Source: Kudoa neothunni (Eukaryota; Animalia; Cnidaria). Taken from it: a stretch of DNA of 64,000 nt. Each line of letters begins with the position of its first letter. Within the stretch, counting starts at the first letter, position 1. Positions 40,748 to 54,600 of the stretch are shown here, piece after piece. The notes below the pieces were generated by a model. It ran no database searches and had not been told where the DNA came from. It saw only the letters and a list, made by a program, of their open reading frames with translations. The stretch spans positions 11,252,847-11,316,846 of the forward strand of contig OZ199839.1 of NCBI GenBank assembly GCA_964304625.1, written 5' to 3'. Both the position numbers and the translations under genes were made by a program.

Positions 40748-41584
40748 ATGAGATTTATGATAGCAAAACTTTGGTTGGCTTATAGTATATATTATAGTGT
40801 ATATCGTTGTAATCTCGTTTAGATGTGTTTATGCTGGTGGTAGAAGCTAATATACACAAAGCAATATAAAATTTATAATAATTTTTTCATATATTTTTTT
40901 ATTTTAATCTATTTAGTTATGGTTATCAAGGAATGCCACCCTCCAAATCTATGTGTCCTTGCTATACTTACCATCCAGTAGCCTATTTGATTCTACTAAA
41001 GTATTTCGTGTATTATCACTGTGATCATAATCACCATAAAGAATGCAGTTATTTCCAAAGCGTTTACTAATAAAGAACTATTGATTGATAGCTATCCATA
41101 TCCACAGAAAATCTGTTCAGAATTTGCAAAATGTGAAGGGCATTTTAGTATTGATTACAACTAATTTTTATGATAATTAATCCCAATAAAAGTTAAGAAT
41201 TTTAAAATTCCAATATTTTGTTGGCCTTGTATCGTAATTAATACATTATATGAATATAGTTTGATTTATTTTAAGAGTGTCCTCTACTTGGATTGTGTTG
41301 GTATAGAAACGCCAACTAATTCTATTATTCGTGATGTAAGGATTAAATGTTAATGAAATAAAACCAACGCTCTATCGTAGATGCAAGAAAAATGTCATAA
41401 AGATTCATTCTCCAAATGTATGGGATCAAAATTTTGTAAAGGTTTCCAAACAACCATGGATCATGGTATTTTATGTTATATTTTAATTATTTTCGTTTTT
41501 ATTTCAAATAGAGTTAAAATATTTTAATTCAATCAAAATTTAGAGGAACTCGATGATTATCACGCCATGATTTATGCAGGCTGA
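40748..41584 (+). CDS. Small secreted 8-cysteine protein, paralog 1 (absent from ORF track)
   Basis: Exons 40748-40784, 40823-40860, 40917-41000, 41042-41147, 41193-41233, 41276-41335, 41381-41465 and 41544-41584 (alternative last exon 41512-41543) give an open frame MRFMIAKLWLAYNVFMLVVEA...YPYPQKICSEFAKC...FCWPCISVLYLDC...QEKCHKDSFSKCMGSKFC. Confidence 0.85.
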
Positions 41585-43182
41585 AAGAGATGATGGCACC
41601 ACATCGCTAACTCATTATCATTAAGGGGAGAAAAAATAAATATCCTATTTTAAAAAAATACTAATACATACAATAAACATAAATATTTTGGCAATTATAC
41701 AATAATTTACCTATTTGTTCGTTCTGATTGAATTTCTAAAATTCATAACCTATTCTTGGAAGCTATTGAATTTCTATATAATTACCTGATAAAATGATAC
41801 ATCCATTAGCATTAATGTTTCTATGAAAAATTGCCGAAAACGCGCATTTTAATCACTTGAGAACAGTATGTTCATAGATTTTTCTACTAAAATTAATAAT
41901 TCAATTTTTCTTGAGCATTCTTCTACTAAAGTGGGAAAGTCTGATATTTTAAAAAAATATTCCTTAAATATCACACGATAACAAATAACTTAAAAATATG
42001 AAGAGGGCAACGCATATTTATTTTCGATCTTCAATAATCGTTCATGGAAAATATTCCCATGATCAATTTCTCGTATTAAATAAATTTTTGATATATTTAT
42101 ATTTACCTCCTTACCTATTCTATTATATATTTAATAAAAATATGTAAAATTATGCGTTGAATCTCGATTATATGAACGATTCGCTATTCAGAAATTTCTT
42201 TCCGGGTGATGAAATTCTCGTTTTAGACCTATCCATGTAGATGCGCTAATGTAATTTTTATAAAGTAATGCTCTTTTTATTACATATAATAAGTATATAA
42301 TATATTTTCAATAATTATTTCATGCTCTAAAGATAAAATTACGAATTAAGTCATGGTGTTTTCGAATGAATTCCTCAGTCCATTCAATAGCAATATTGAC
42401 AAATCTAACCACATAATATTAACTAATTAAAGTTCAAGGAGAGTGAAAATGAAATAAACTTCTTGAATTTATTAATGCATTTTATATTTGATGTTTGAAT
42501 GCAAAACATCAGTCGTCTTAATCTCGCATGAGCGATTTTGATTTGAATTGTTTTTTTTGTTTCAATTGAAAATTAAAACATATAAATATAAAATGAGTAT
42601 GTAACAAAATTTTTAATATAATGTTTTAGTTTATATATTTTTATAATGTGAATTGATCTTAATATGGAGTACATAATTTAAATTAAAAGGAGGGTAACAA
42701 CTAATTTATGATTTTTTAATTAAGTTTGCATACAAAACGTCTATCAAAACAACTTTGTGGAATTCAAAAACATTTTAATACACTGTCTAAAACGGTATAT
42801 ATTATCAACTAAAAATTTAATTTGAAACATACGTTATGTGTGATTGTTTGACATCAATATATTAAATCTGCCAATTTGTTTCTGTATAAAAATGAATACA
42901 CAACAACATACTGGTTTTACATTTATATAAATAGAAAAGAATGTGCTGAAAACGCAAACTGAGGAAAAGTCAAATTCATCGAATTACTTAGTTGTTTACC
43001 AGACTTATTTTATATTTGATTGCACACGAATTGCGTAATTTATTCTTGGAGCAGATTCAAATTACCTAGAGTCAGCGTATTAGGTACAAAACATTTTCGA
43101 TCGTAAAATTGTTTCCTCAGTCACATTTATGAGACATGCAACCTCTATCCGGGATGCCCTCCACTAGAAGAATGTTGGCTAA

Positions 43183-44253
43183 CCCTCTAACGATATTGAG
43201 GTCGAATCGACCCCCAGTTTAGTTGAACACCGTATAATTTTTTCTTCCTTAGTTCCAGTGTTCTTAAATTCAACATATTCTTTATAAATATATTTTTTTT
43301 GCACCTGAGGGAAAATTGGATAATTAAGGTTTTTTATGTAGTCAAAATTCAAAGGATACCCTCCAACGATAATTTGGGATCGATTCGACCCTATCTTTTT
43401 ATTTCGTCATTTTATACATTAATTTCATTAAATTTATTATGTGAGATATTAAAAAGATTTACCGGCAGAATTCTAAGGAAAATCCAAATTAATCCTTGAA
43501 CCAATCTTACACAACCTAATCGAACACTGCTCGTGCACACTTCCGGCTATTGATTGCATTAGGTAATATAAAATAGTTTTTTTCTTCAATAGTAATTTAG
43601 TATCGGGAGAATGTCTACGGATTCTGAATTTAATTTTTTATTTCATAACGATGAGTCTTCTGGTAGTGAATGTGAGGATGTTTCTCGAAAAACTGATGAC
43701 GACGATCTGGGAATATACGATACTTCATTGACTGGCAAATATGGATTAGTTTAGAATCTTACAAAAGAATCTACATCAAAAACACGCGCAAAAAATATTT
43801 TTTTAGCCCTCCCCACTGAGCTCAGCAATCTATACGACGTTGAGAGTAAAATCGATTTTTGATTGGTGTTATTTGTGGATTGTGCGAACGCCATTTTTGC
43901 AGTTACCATTCAGGTTGATGTTACATTAAATGTTTCCAAATTGAAAAAAATTAAACCAAGGGAAACAATATATTTCGTAAAGGCAGTTGCTATTACCACA
44001 CTAGCGTATAGTCCCATGTCAGGGCTGTCTATTGCCACGAAAACGAATTTCTCCATAACCATAGAATATTATATATCTCTGTTCAGATATTTTTTGAGAA
44101 CTTTTTATACCATTAAAATTCTAATTTTCATATGAAAATTCATTCGCCTAATTTTTGGCATTTGCAGCATATAACCGCGTATTTTTCACACTTGTTGTAA
44201 TAGTTACCTAGTTATTATTAAATATTTTATGATAAAATTATTTACTTAAAGAG
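43183..44253 (+). mobile_element. Internally deleted piggyBac derivative
   Basis: CCCTCTAACGAT...ggtcgaatcgacccc end with an internal repeat at about 43339-43373, a decayed acidic N-terminal fragment, and a C-terminal Cys-rich remnant ICGLCERHFCSYH (about 43870-43910). Right end tentative. Confidence 0.6.
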
Positions 44254-44549
44254 TTAAAAAATAACTAATGGATATCTTAATCACAACGTCGACTTCGCAA
44301 GTCATAATTGGGATCATATAATCATTGATTGAACTTCGAATATCTTAAGATATTACGATAAATAGAAAAAATTACGCACGGATGATTGACAGAAAACGAA
44401 TAAGCTTTATTATAATTCATGAATTTATAATTCAATTATGTAGTTTATTATTTTCCCTTTTCTTCCTCTGTTTGCGGTCACTCTAAACCCCCTTAGTCAT
44501 CATCTGCTTTAAACTTTTTAAAAAGTGTAAAATCCGCAAAAAATGTAGA

Positions 44550-45500
44550 TACACACACTGAAACTAAAACCTTAGTATTCCAGTAGATTTGGTTAATTTT
44601 AGATTGCCTGATAAATTAATTCACTGTGATTTAATTGGATCCCAATTCTTTTAAAATACAAATTAATATCCTCAGCGTTTAGCTGTCAACTCCAGTACGC
44701 ATTTTCTGATAATCCTCTTAATTTTTAACGATGATTATTTATTGAAAAATTTTTAGTATCAAATCTGTTAATTGTCGTGTGACATTGTATATAGAAAACA
44801 ATATCTCCCACTCAACAATTTGAAAACGTAATATTTACACATAAATAGTTTAGAATTCGGAGAATTATTTTTAAAGACTTTCAAATCTTTGCTGGTGATT
44901 GCAGAAAGTACCTTCTCCTTTATCGGTGACAGTCTAGATATTAATTCATTAATATACTAGGTTAAAATAACTTCTTTTTTATAAATAATACACGCACTAT
45001 TTATGACTCTCTTAATGGAAAATCGTTAACTGTTAGGTATTGGGGAACACTGAAGAAAGTTTAATGTAATTGAGAGTTTAAAAAATGAATAAAATATGAA
45101 TAGTGAGTTTTTATCGTGATCCCATAAATTTTAGGTTGCATCTACACAAAATAATTCTAGAAAAAAAGGAAGAAACCTTCATCTCATCATCTATAAATAT
45201 CATTGCACAACGATGATTCGCATCCCCAGTAAGAATTTTAACATCACAATTATGATCCAGAGTTAAAATCTTATAAAAATGGTTTATTTCATTACGTTAG
45301 GAAGATATATTTTTCGTATATTTATGGCCTTGGGCGTATTCATTTCACCTGTTTCTTGCTGAATTTTAGACTGCAACATTTTTTCACTAACAAATATATA
45401 AATTAATCCTTATGTTAATTTATTATTGCGTTCAAATTCACGTTGTGGCTGTACACTTGAAGTAAACCTGATTTGTTCTATGGTTACCTTGTAGGTGTAA
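44550..45500 (-). pseudogene. Decayed MULE (Mutator-like) transposase
   Basis: Minus-strand fragments FLELFCVDAT*NL (FPE.L.VDATY-like) and ITSKDLKVFKNNSPNSKLFMCKYYVFK (TDKD...FP.....C.FH-like). Confidence 0.5.
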
Positions 45501-47184
45501 ACATTTTACTTCATTTTTTTTCCATTTGAGCTGACTCCTACCTTAATGTGAGCCTGGTAGGTGCCTCACAAAGTTTTAGCCTCTCTTACACCCTTTGATC
45601 TATTACAACAATAGTCGCCAAAATAACAAATGAATTAAATAAAATAGTATCTAATCTTCCCATTAAATTATTCGTTTGAGTTCGTCTCTGCATGGTTGTA
45701 AATTAAATAATTTACCTAAGGAATGATACAAATTTTCGTTTCAGTTATCAATATTCTAGGTACTAACGTTTAACTAATTGTATTACTTATACGATTTCGC
45801 GATCTTATAATCTACCATGATAAAATTATTTAATGACTGTTTTCGTATTCTTTAAATCAGAGAAAAATATTTTTTGATAAATCACCATCAAAATAATTTA
45901 AATATTTAATCTCAATTAAGCAGGGTGAGAGATATTTTATTCTACTGCGTGTGTCGATTGAAATTTGATGTTGAAATACTGTATATAACTAGTGTTGGAG
46001 AAAATATGATTAAAGTTGGTATTTATTTAAATGGATTTTCTGGAAAGTTCATTAGATTTAAAATTATGACGATTATGATAATGAAGCATGGTTATTTGAA
46101 TTTCTCTAACGCCATATGCCGTAACGACAGGAAAATACTTCGAAAATATAAATTGTTGAATTTAAACGTTAAATAAAAAATAATTGAACCTAACTAATGG
46201 CCATATAGATTATTTTGATACAGTAATTACATCTTTACTTATCAACATGGGTTTACCAAATAATGTATATTATTATTATTATTATTATTATTCTATAATT
46301 ATGGTTGTAATAATTGATAATTTTGGCAAGTCATAAAAACCAAAAAGAAAATTTCTACAATTTAATCAATGCAGAAACCCTTTTTAGAAAGACCTTAACT
46401 TTAAATAATTTTTGAGAATATTAATAATTTTATATACAAATAAAAAATTTTATTCAACGATATAATATACATTCTACAAATGTGAAAAGAAAAGGATCGA
46501 GTAAATTTGATATGGCTTTTATTTCTACATAAACTTTTTCATTATAATTTTTTGTATTTATAAATCCTTAAAATAAGAAAATGATTGTTTCTAAAATTAA
46601 ATACAATCCTCAAATTTTTCTGCTTTACGCCAAAACTAATTTTTATCCAGGGTTCTGTTGTGAAGGAAATTATAGTCCGAGATTACATACGATTTCTGTC
46701 TAGACAATACACACAATTGTCACCAGACATCTTTATTTAAATGATTATGTAATATTTATTGAATATTTTTCATTATCTATGATTAAAATAGTGCAAACCA
46801 TACACAACAAGCATCAGAAAAATGGTCTATACATGTTTGCGTTGGGAAATAATTTTTAAAAGATAATTTATTAGTCAAATAAAACTATTATATATTAAAT
46901 TGTCTAATTGTGAATTTATTTTTAAAGCAGAAATAATCATTTGATTACAACAAAAATTATCATTAAAAAGGAAATAAAATGACAGTGAATATCAATACTT
47001 TAATCGTTTTTAATGGTTTAACAACAAAAATTTATATTGAATAAAATTAAAATTATATCTCCTCATTATCTGAAAATAATTATTTTATATAATTAATAAT
47101 AAATATAATCAAATAAGTTATCGAAAGATAACAAATATAAAAAAGTAAGATCGGATAATTAGCTCAGGTAATAAATAAATATAA

Positions 47185-48064
47185 ATGGTTTTGTTAGAAG
47201 CATATATTATTCTGGCCATTAGTAAGTTTATGAATCAAAAACTATTCCACCATTTTTTAGATGTCATTTTCATGACCAGCACACAAGAAACTTCCGTAAA
47301 TGTTATTTAGTAATGCTAAGTCGTTCTTAATTAGAAACAACTGTATTCAGTTACTACTATCAGTAAATTCCACAAATCAAATCACAACTTCCTTGACGTA
47401 TATCTCTAGAAAATCTATGCTAAAATCATCGGAAGTAATAAATGAATAAATTCATGAAATAGACAATAAAATAGAGAAAAATCATTGCAATGGCATTGAA
47501 AAATAAAACGCGTTTTGTTGGTGAATATCCGTATCAAGGTCATATTTGCTCAAGATTCGCCGTTTGTAATGGATCATTGAGTAAAAGTTTAACGTATTTA
47601 TTTATATTTTCACCAAATGTCAAATTATAGTCGAAAAAATCAAGTCACCATCACACTGTCTTCCATGTTATGTATAATCTAATAGATTGAAAATACATCA
47701 TTTAATTTCCCTAGATTGTGAAATTTTTGGATTGTATTGCAATCAGTACCTCAATTAATTCAACAAATACTCATGTAAGACGAATAACTGTTTGTTTTAT
47801 AAAATAAATTGCTGTTTTAAAAAAACCGATTCGTAATTTTGACTCAGGAACAATCCCGATGCTATCATGAATCAGAACGTAAGTGTATGAGATCCGAATT
47901 TTGCGGAAATCTGCATAGAAGTATCCTTCTTTAAACCCCCAAAAATCCAACTACTTATAATAATTATTATTATACAATGCAATATTTTAGTTATGGATCT
48001 TATTTACTCAGAATTGAACCAGATCGATGGTGTAGCAGAATCCACCGATAATAACACTGAATAA
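47185..48064 (+). CDS. Small secreted 8-cysteine protein, paralog 2 (absent from ORF track)
   Basis: Exons 47185-47221, 47261-47295, 47351-47434, 47475-47580, 47631-47671, 47715-47774, 47848-47920 and 47991-48064. Frame MVLLEAYIILAINVIFMTST...YPYQGHICSRFAVC...HCLPCYIVKFLDC...QSRCYHESERKCMRSEFC...NNTE*. Exons 1, 3, 4, 5 and 6 have the same lengths as in paralog 1. Confidence 0.88.
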
Positions 48065-48384
48065 AATAAATAATAAAACATGATTAAAATTATCGCAAAA
48101 TCGTCATTTACTCTACTCTACTCTACTTGAGTTGATTTCATTTTTTTTACAAATATACTTATAACAAATATTTATTGGATCTATACTTTCTATACCAACC
48201 TTAGGTGCCTACAAATTGTTTAATGCGTATCCAATAACATCATTAAATTCTACAAAAACTTTTTTAATAATCGTAATATTTATAAATATATCATTTAATT
48301 GAAAAAACTACTATTATCTGTGAGTTGAGACGTTAGTATTAAATTTTATAATATAAATTCTAATCATTCTCACATTAAAATATA

Positions 48385-50170
48385 CGGTCGGTGACCGGCT
48401 GGCTCTACGCACTTTTTAAAAGGCAACACAATTTGAATAATCAAATGTACAATTGATACATAATATTTTTTTGAATGTTTTTATTAAAAAATTAAGGTCT
48501 AAATAATATCATAAGATTGAGAAAATTCCGGACTGTAGATCACGTGAATGTCAATTTTACCCATTTTTGGATTTTTTTTGAAAAAAATGGTGAATTTTGT
48601 TTAATGTTCAAAGGAATTAAATGATACGATAAAAAATCAAATCGAAACATAAATTCATAAATTATGTCCACAATATCTCCCCAACGGATGCCAAATTTGT
48701 GAACATAAAACACCAAACGTGACCTTTATATCCAACCTCTATGGCATCTTAAAAAACAAAAATAAAATTGTTTAAATGATTTAACACAAACCTTTTATTG
48801 TTTTCGTTTTATAATTTGTTAAAATGATTCTAAAAAATGATCCAAGTTTGACAAAAAAGGATCGATCGATCATGTTCGCGATGGAAAAAGCTATATTTTC
48901 TTTAAATATAGCTTTTTCGAATTTTTTTGTGATAAAAATGACAAATTATTTTATTTCTACGAGAAAGAAATTATTCGTTTCTTAACCTTCTAAATAAAAT
49001 GGGATAGATTCCCATCACAAGTGAATTTTGCGAACAATATTACAGTGTATAAATGGAACATAACTCCTCTCCACCTTTTGTAATCTTCTATCTTTATAAA
49101 AGCTTTCAGAAAAATGAGTTGAAATTTTTTTTTGTCATATATTAATAAAGTTAATATAAAAACACCTTCCAAATAAAATTGAGGTAGAAATCTACCCCAC
49201 ATTTTTCGTTCATAAAATTATTGAAAATATTGATAACTGTGATTTTTAAAATTGACGGAAATTCCATTGAGTAAATATTGAATAAATAACGAAACATTGT
49301 ACACGCCGATTATATGCGCGTGCGCGATGTCGATATAAGCATGCTGTTCCCTCCAGAATATGACGATAACTCCTCATTCTCTCATTATTTTTAAACTAGT
49401 TATTCAAAATACGATGACTTTTCATCAGTTTTCTTATTTCTAGGTTGTAGTGAGCATCCAAAAACATATGTGAAAATTGTTAATCAATATTCTTAGTTTC
49501 GTATTATAGAGAGCATTAAAAAAAATATGATATATTTTTTCGAGACTTTGACAAATATTGTGTTTGAGAAAGTGTTTAGAAACATGTATGATAACTTTTT
49601 TTGAAATAAGCACTGTTTTCCATCATTTTATGTTTTTCTGCGCATTTTAACACTGCGTTGTTTAAAATAAGATAAATTGACTGACAGCTGTTATAACATT
49701 TGAATTAAATGTTAAAACTAAAAAACCACAGAAATACACCTATAAATACAATCATACTCCATACCATAGAAATGTAGCAACATTAGTGTGTGCGCGTGCG
49801 TATATAGAATATAACTTTTATAATTGGTCATTTATTCAAAATTTACTCGTTGAATTTTCCTCATATTGTGTAAATTAATGCCGGATTTTATTAGGAGGGT
49901 GTAAATATTTCAGCTAATTAGAGGGTGAAATATATGCAATTCAATTATATTAAATAGCTACGTATATTGTTGTATACGGGCGCAAATAACAGCGTAAAAC
50001 TTGACGTTACCAATTTCGCGCACCTTTTTTCCAAAATTTTCGTATTTTAATTATATTATTTAAAAAATAATTGATTAGTCTTTGTGGTAGGTGCGTACAA
50101 CCGAACGTGACCCTTTCACACACTTTGGGGATGGTCCCCTAGGGGATTACTTAAAATCGGTCACTAACTG
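48385..50170 (-). mobile_element. pogo/Tigger-type MITE family 2 copy, interrupted by a piggyBac insertion
   Basis: TA|CGGTCGGTGACC ... GGTCACTAACTG|TA. Homologous to 33145-33856. Confidence 0.75.
48986..49925. mobile_element. Non-autonomous piggyBac element nested in MITE family 2
   Basis: TTAA|CCTTCTAAAT (same terminus as 37876) ... ATTAGAGGG|TGAA. The corresponding empty TTAA is at 33286-33289 in the other MITE copy. Confidence 0.8.
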
Positions 50171-51639
50171 TAAATATAATTAATAGGTATCTGAACTAAA
50201 AACATGGCGCCAGAGTATGAAATGTATACCCTGGAGGGTACAAAAAGAAGTAAAATTTTCTTATAAACATATTGTATATTTTGTTTAGAATTGTTATATT
50301 CATTTTTTTCCTTATTTTGCATAAAATAGTAAAATTTTGATAATTTTTTGATAGCATAAGCATAACCTGGCGTTGCTTCCAGAAAGCCCTATTAATTCAA
50401 AGGGAGTGCCTCAAATTAGGAAGTGCCACATGTGCCGGTTAACACACGGTCTTTCATTTGTAACATAAAGCAGAATCTTCCTCGCGTCTTTTCGCTTCGT
50501 TATTCAAAAATAAAATTTTTGTACACTTGTTTAGACACCTTATGATATTATGTCAGTTTCAAAATAGTAAAAAAATTATTTTATTTGTAAGAACAAGAAA
50601 CATTACAATTTATTGAGTAAATCAATTTCCATTTTTTTACTATAACAATGCCATCTCAATCATGAATAACAACGACGACCTTAAAATATATTCAAAAGTT
50701 TCGTATGCAAAAATATTAAGATTATTATTGATTCTAGATCTATCCCGGAGCTTCTAAAATTACAGAAAAAGTTGAATAAAATTGCCATAACATTCCAACA
50801 TGTCGGGCACGACAAAAAAGAATTGTTGTGTGGTTGTATTATAACAAAGCAACTTTTTTACGTAGAATTCAAGAGAGGAGCCTTAGGTTGTTTTATTTAT
50901 TTTTTAATAATTTAATTCTTTACATATTCTCAAAGTCCAACATTTTTTAAATTTTTTAATCACAAATATTTTTCGCAGCTTCGAAATTTGTGGTAATCTA
51001 ATGCTGAGGTAAAATCATTGAGTCTTTACCCAAAGCAAATACTCACGACGCCCATCTGATTTAATCGAATTAAAGAAGCAATAGGTTGAATAGCGATGAA
51101 CGCGTTTTTCACTTTGAAATAATATATTTGGTCGGATGGCTGGAAAAAATTATAACAAGAGAATGATGATATTAAAATATTTTTTTGAGTATATAATTAT
51201 AATTTAATTATTTTTAATTTATTTGTATGAAAATTATACAGTAGAGTGATGAATATTTGACGATCATCCTTGAGGGTTATACTTATGGTAAATATTTATT
51301 TTTAAGAAGGACAAAATTATTATATAATTGAAGCAAAACAAGCATGATTCAAATGGGCTATGAAATCAATTCAATGCCAACAAGAAGATTAGAAGACAAT
51401 ATGATTTGGTGATAATGATTTTTAGTTTACATTATTTTTACGAATAATATCTTTAACTTATTCACTTTTCAAAAGATACCAATTTTAAAATATTTCCGAT
51501 CATTGACATCATTCAAAACTTCCAGAATCTCTAAATAAATATGAGATATAATCGACTCAATAAATATTGGAATACACAATCAATTCGTATAATCCATCGA
51601 TCTATTCAACAATAGTAAACGATTTCATTTATACTTTAA

Positions 51640-54600
51640 ATGATTTCAATGATTGGATGTATATGGGTATTTCTGCTTTTTACATCAAGTAAAATTAAAT
51701 CATATAAAAATATGTCTTATCCATTTTTAGCTGAATGTTTAAAATATATTTATACAAACTTTGATCATCTTGCTGACAGCCGTCTGATGTTTACCGATCT
51801 TCCAGGAAATGTGTCTGCAGGCACCTTCATTACCGCTATTGAAGGTGTCCTAAGCAGGAAAGAAATAATTAAAGAAGATTGTAGGAGCATTAATCGTCAT
51901 CGTGAATGTGAATTTGGCACAACTCATGTGGATGTACATGGAACTGGTGATTTATTTTTAAAAGTTAATGAAAATGGAAAGAAAAGAGTATACAGAATAA
52001 ACTCTCGTAAAAAATTTTAAAAATTCATATATCTTTAAATTTAATCATAGAACCCATTCAAAATAATAAAAAGGTGATAATTTCGGTCAAGGATCACTTT
52101 ATCCAAATTAATAAAACTGATGACACTATGAAAGGAAATCCATATTTAGAAATTTTAATGAACAATAAAGTTTTGAAATCTACAAAACATGGAAGCGTAT
52201 CTACAGTGGATACACAAAAAAAGTCTATTTCTTTTGAAATAGGAAAGATTGGAACGGAAGATGCAATTTATGAGGTTATACACGATCCAGCATTACCAAC
52301 GTATCAATTTAGTTCTGTATTCTCCTACTCGGATCAAACTAATGGTTATAAAGTTGAGGGCATTTTAAGAGACGATGGAAATGATGAAATTTTTTTTAAT
52401 TACTATCCATATAAAAGTGATTTATGTTTATATGAGATGAAAGGTGGGATACGTTCTTCTTCATATACTAATGTATGTGGGAGATATAAATGTATCAATT
52501 TCTGTAGTGATTTTCACTTCGGAAAAGTTCTTCCGGATGGTTCTCGTATGACAAAAATGAGAGTAACACTTTCAAGAACAGGGAGAAAAAATGAAATTAC
52601 TTTTCCAAGTAAAAATAATATATTTAACATGATGTAGTTTTAATTTTTTAGCTCATAAAAGTTTTTACTCCGTTTGTGGTGATGTTGGTTTAATTCTTTC
52701 AACTGAAGGAAAAATAGAACAATGGATAAATACAGAAAATAATTGCGAAAAAATTAAAGTCAAACCATTTGACTACAGAAGTACGCAATTGTCCTTCAAA
52801 GAATCCCAACAACTCTGTTCTAGCGGGAAGGTTGTCCCTGGAAATTTTATCATTGAGTATCAGCCCAAGTCAGATAAATTCGTTTATATTTGTGACCTAA
52901 GTATTTTATTACAATGATTCAATTTTATTATTACTTTGATAGAAAAAAGACGGTTTCATTATGAGATAATAGAAGGTGTGAATATGATTCACATTTTTCA
53001 TCACGACGTGCATTTTATTAGTAGTCAAGCAAAATCGAAAGAATCAATTGCGTCAGGAGAAGAAACTATGTGTAGAGTGATGATTTCATCACACGCAAAT
53101 TTGAATTATGTGCCTGCGAATTGTGACTCATACGGATCACTGTGTTACGATCGTTGTGATGGTACCTTTGATGTGATCGGATTAAAATCAAATATGAACT
53201 ATTTCATAAAAATTGAATCATTGGGATATTATTCCGATTTTAGATTTACTGGAACTAAATCTTTGAAAAGTATAATATATTGTTGAAAATAATTAATAAT
53301 TTTTTTAGACGATCTTAGTCCAGAAATAAGATTTAATCAAAGTAACGGCTTGAGACAAATAGTTTTGCAATTCAAACACCATGTGAGACAGTCTGAAGTA
53401 ACCAATGGATTATCTTGCCTGATTGTAATGAGAGAAATGATTTCCACTTCAAGCACCAAATATTTCAAAATATGTGGAGAAAATATTTACTGCGTTCTAC
53501 CCTGCAACGATATGGTTCATCAATTTCCGTCAAACAAAGATTACATCATATATTCGTTAAAAGTTCTAGGAATGATGAATGAATTCATCGATCATCAAAA
53601 TGTTTGTAAGGCTCACCAAATTATTATAAATCATGAGTTTAATCATCAATTTTTTAGATTATTCACATAAAAATATCCAGCATAGCGCAGTTAAAAATAA
53701 AAATATTATGGCGTTCAACAAATCCAAATATACTACGTCACCTAAAGCCGTCGAGCAAGTAATTCGTGAGGCAGTCGAAGAATATAATGAAATAAGCTTC
53801 AAAAAAAAATTCCCGTATAAACAATACAATAAGAATTTGGATCCAATTGCTTCTAACAACAATAAGAAAATACAATATTCAACAACTGGATATATTAAGA
53901 AGATGCAGCAGAAAGGATTCCTTGTAGCTGAAAAGGAAGCTGCCCTACCCCCTGCACCACCTTCCAAACCAGATTCACCCTCTACACCTGATTTCTCACG
54001 TAAATTTATTTTAACGATTGAATAAAGGAATATTTTATTTATGGTGATGATTTTCTATATTACTTTTTTAAATTTATTTCTAATTTAACTATATTTTATA
54101 TATTATGTTTTTCTAAATGAAAGTTTATCAATATATGGCTAGATAAATTATATCTAGTTAATTTCTAAAGTAATTAATGTACTTAATTCAAGAATCTTTA
54201 TTTGAAAACATTGGAATTATTTTATTATTATAGAAAAACCATATTATTTTACTATATTTTTGCATAGCTATTAATTATTAAATATTCGGTATAATATTCA
54301 TAAATACGGTTTTAGCGGATAACAACTCAGCCGACGAACCATCTCCAAATATCACTGAAAGCCCCACTCCACCCGATTCAGGTTGATACACCCATATCTA
54401 TTATAAACAAATTTTTATTTCATCCATATTATATTAAATGTAATAAAATTAAATTATAAAAGAATCAAATGAAGTTTTAACCCAACCACCCGACGAAAAA
54501 TCAACCACACCTTCATCAAGCACTGCCAATACCGAAAATTCTGTAACTCACGTTCCCCCAGGTGATATTTATTGTTTTAGTTTTTTCTTAATATTTTCAT

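Noticed and set aside
41095-41440. Saposin/swaposin-like reading of the 8-Cys protein (P..IC....C followed by C..C)
   Set aside because: The proline is not kept in the paralog, and the cysteine number and spacing do not fit the six-Cys saposin pattern. It needs a structure search before any claim.
47921-47990. Donor GTATCCTT resembling a U12-type 5' splice site
   Set aside because: No TCCTTAAC-like branch point near the acceptor, and the equivalent intron of the paralog starts gtatttt. Probably chance.
50340-50900. Possible hAT remnants (also about 28300-28750, 31410-31490 and 32800-32880)
   Set aside because: Only isolated TIR-like or motif-like fragments. Boundaries and TSDs could not be established.
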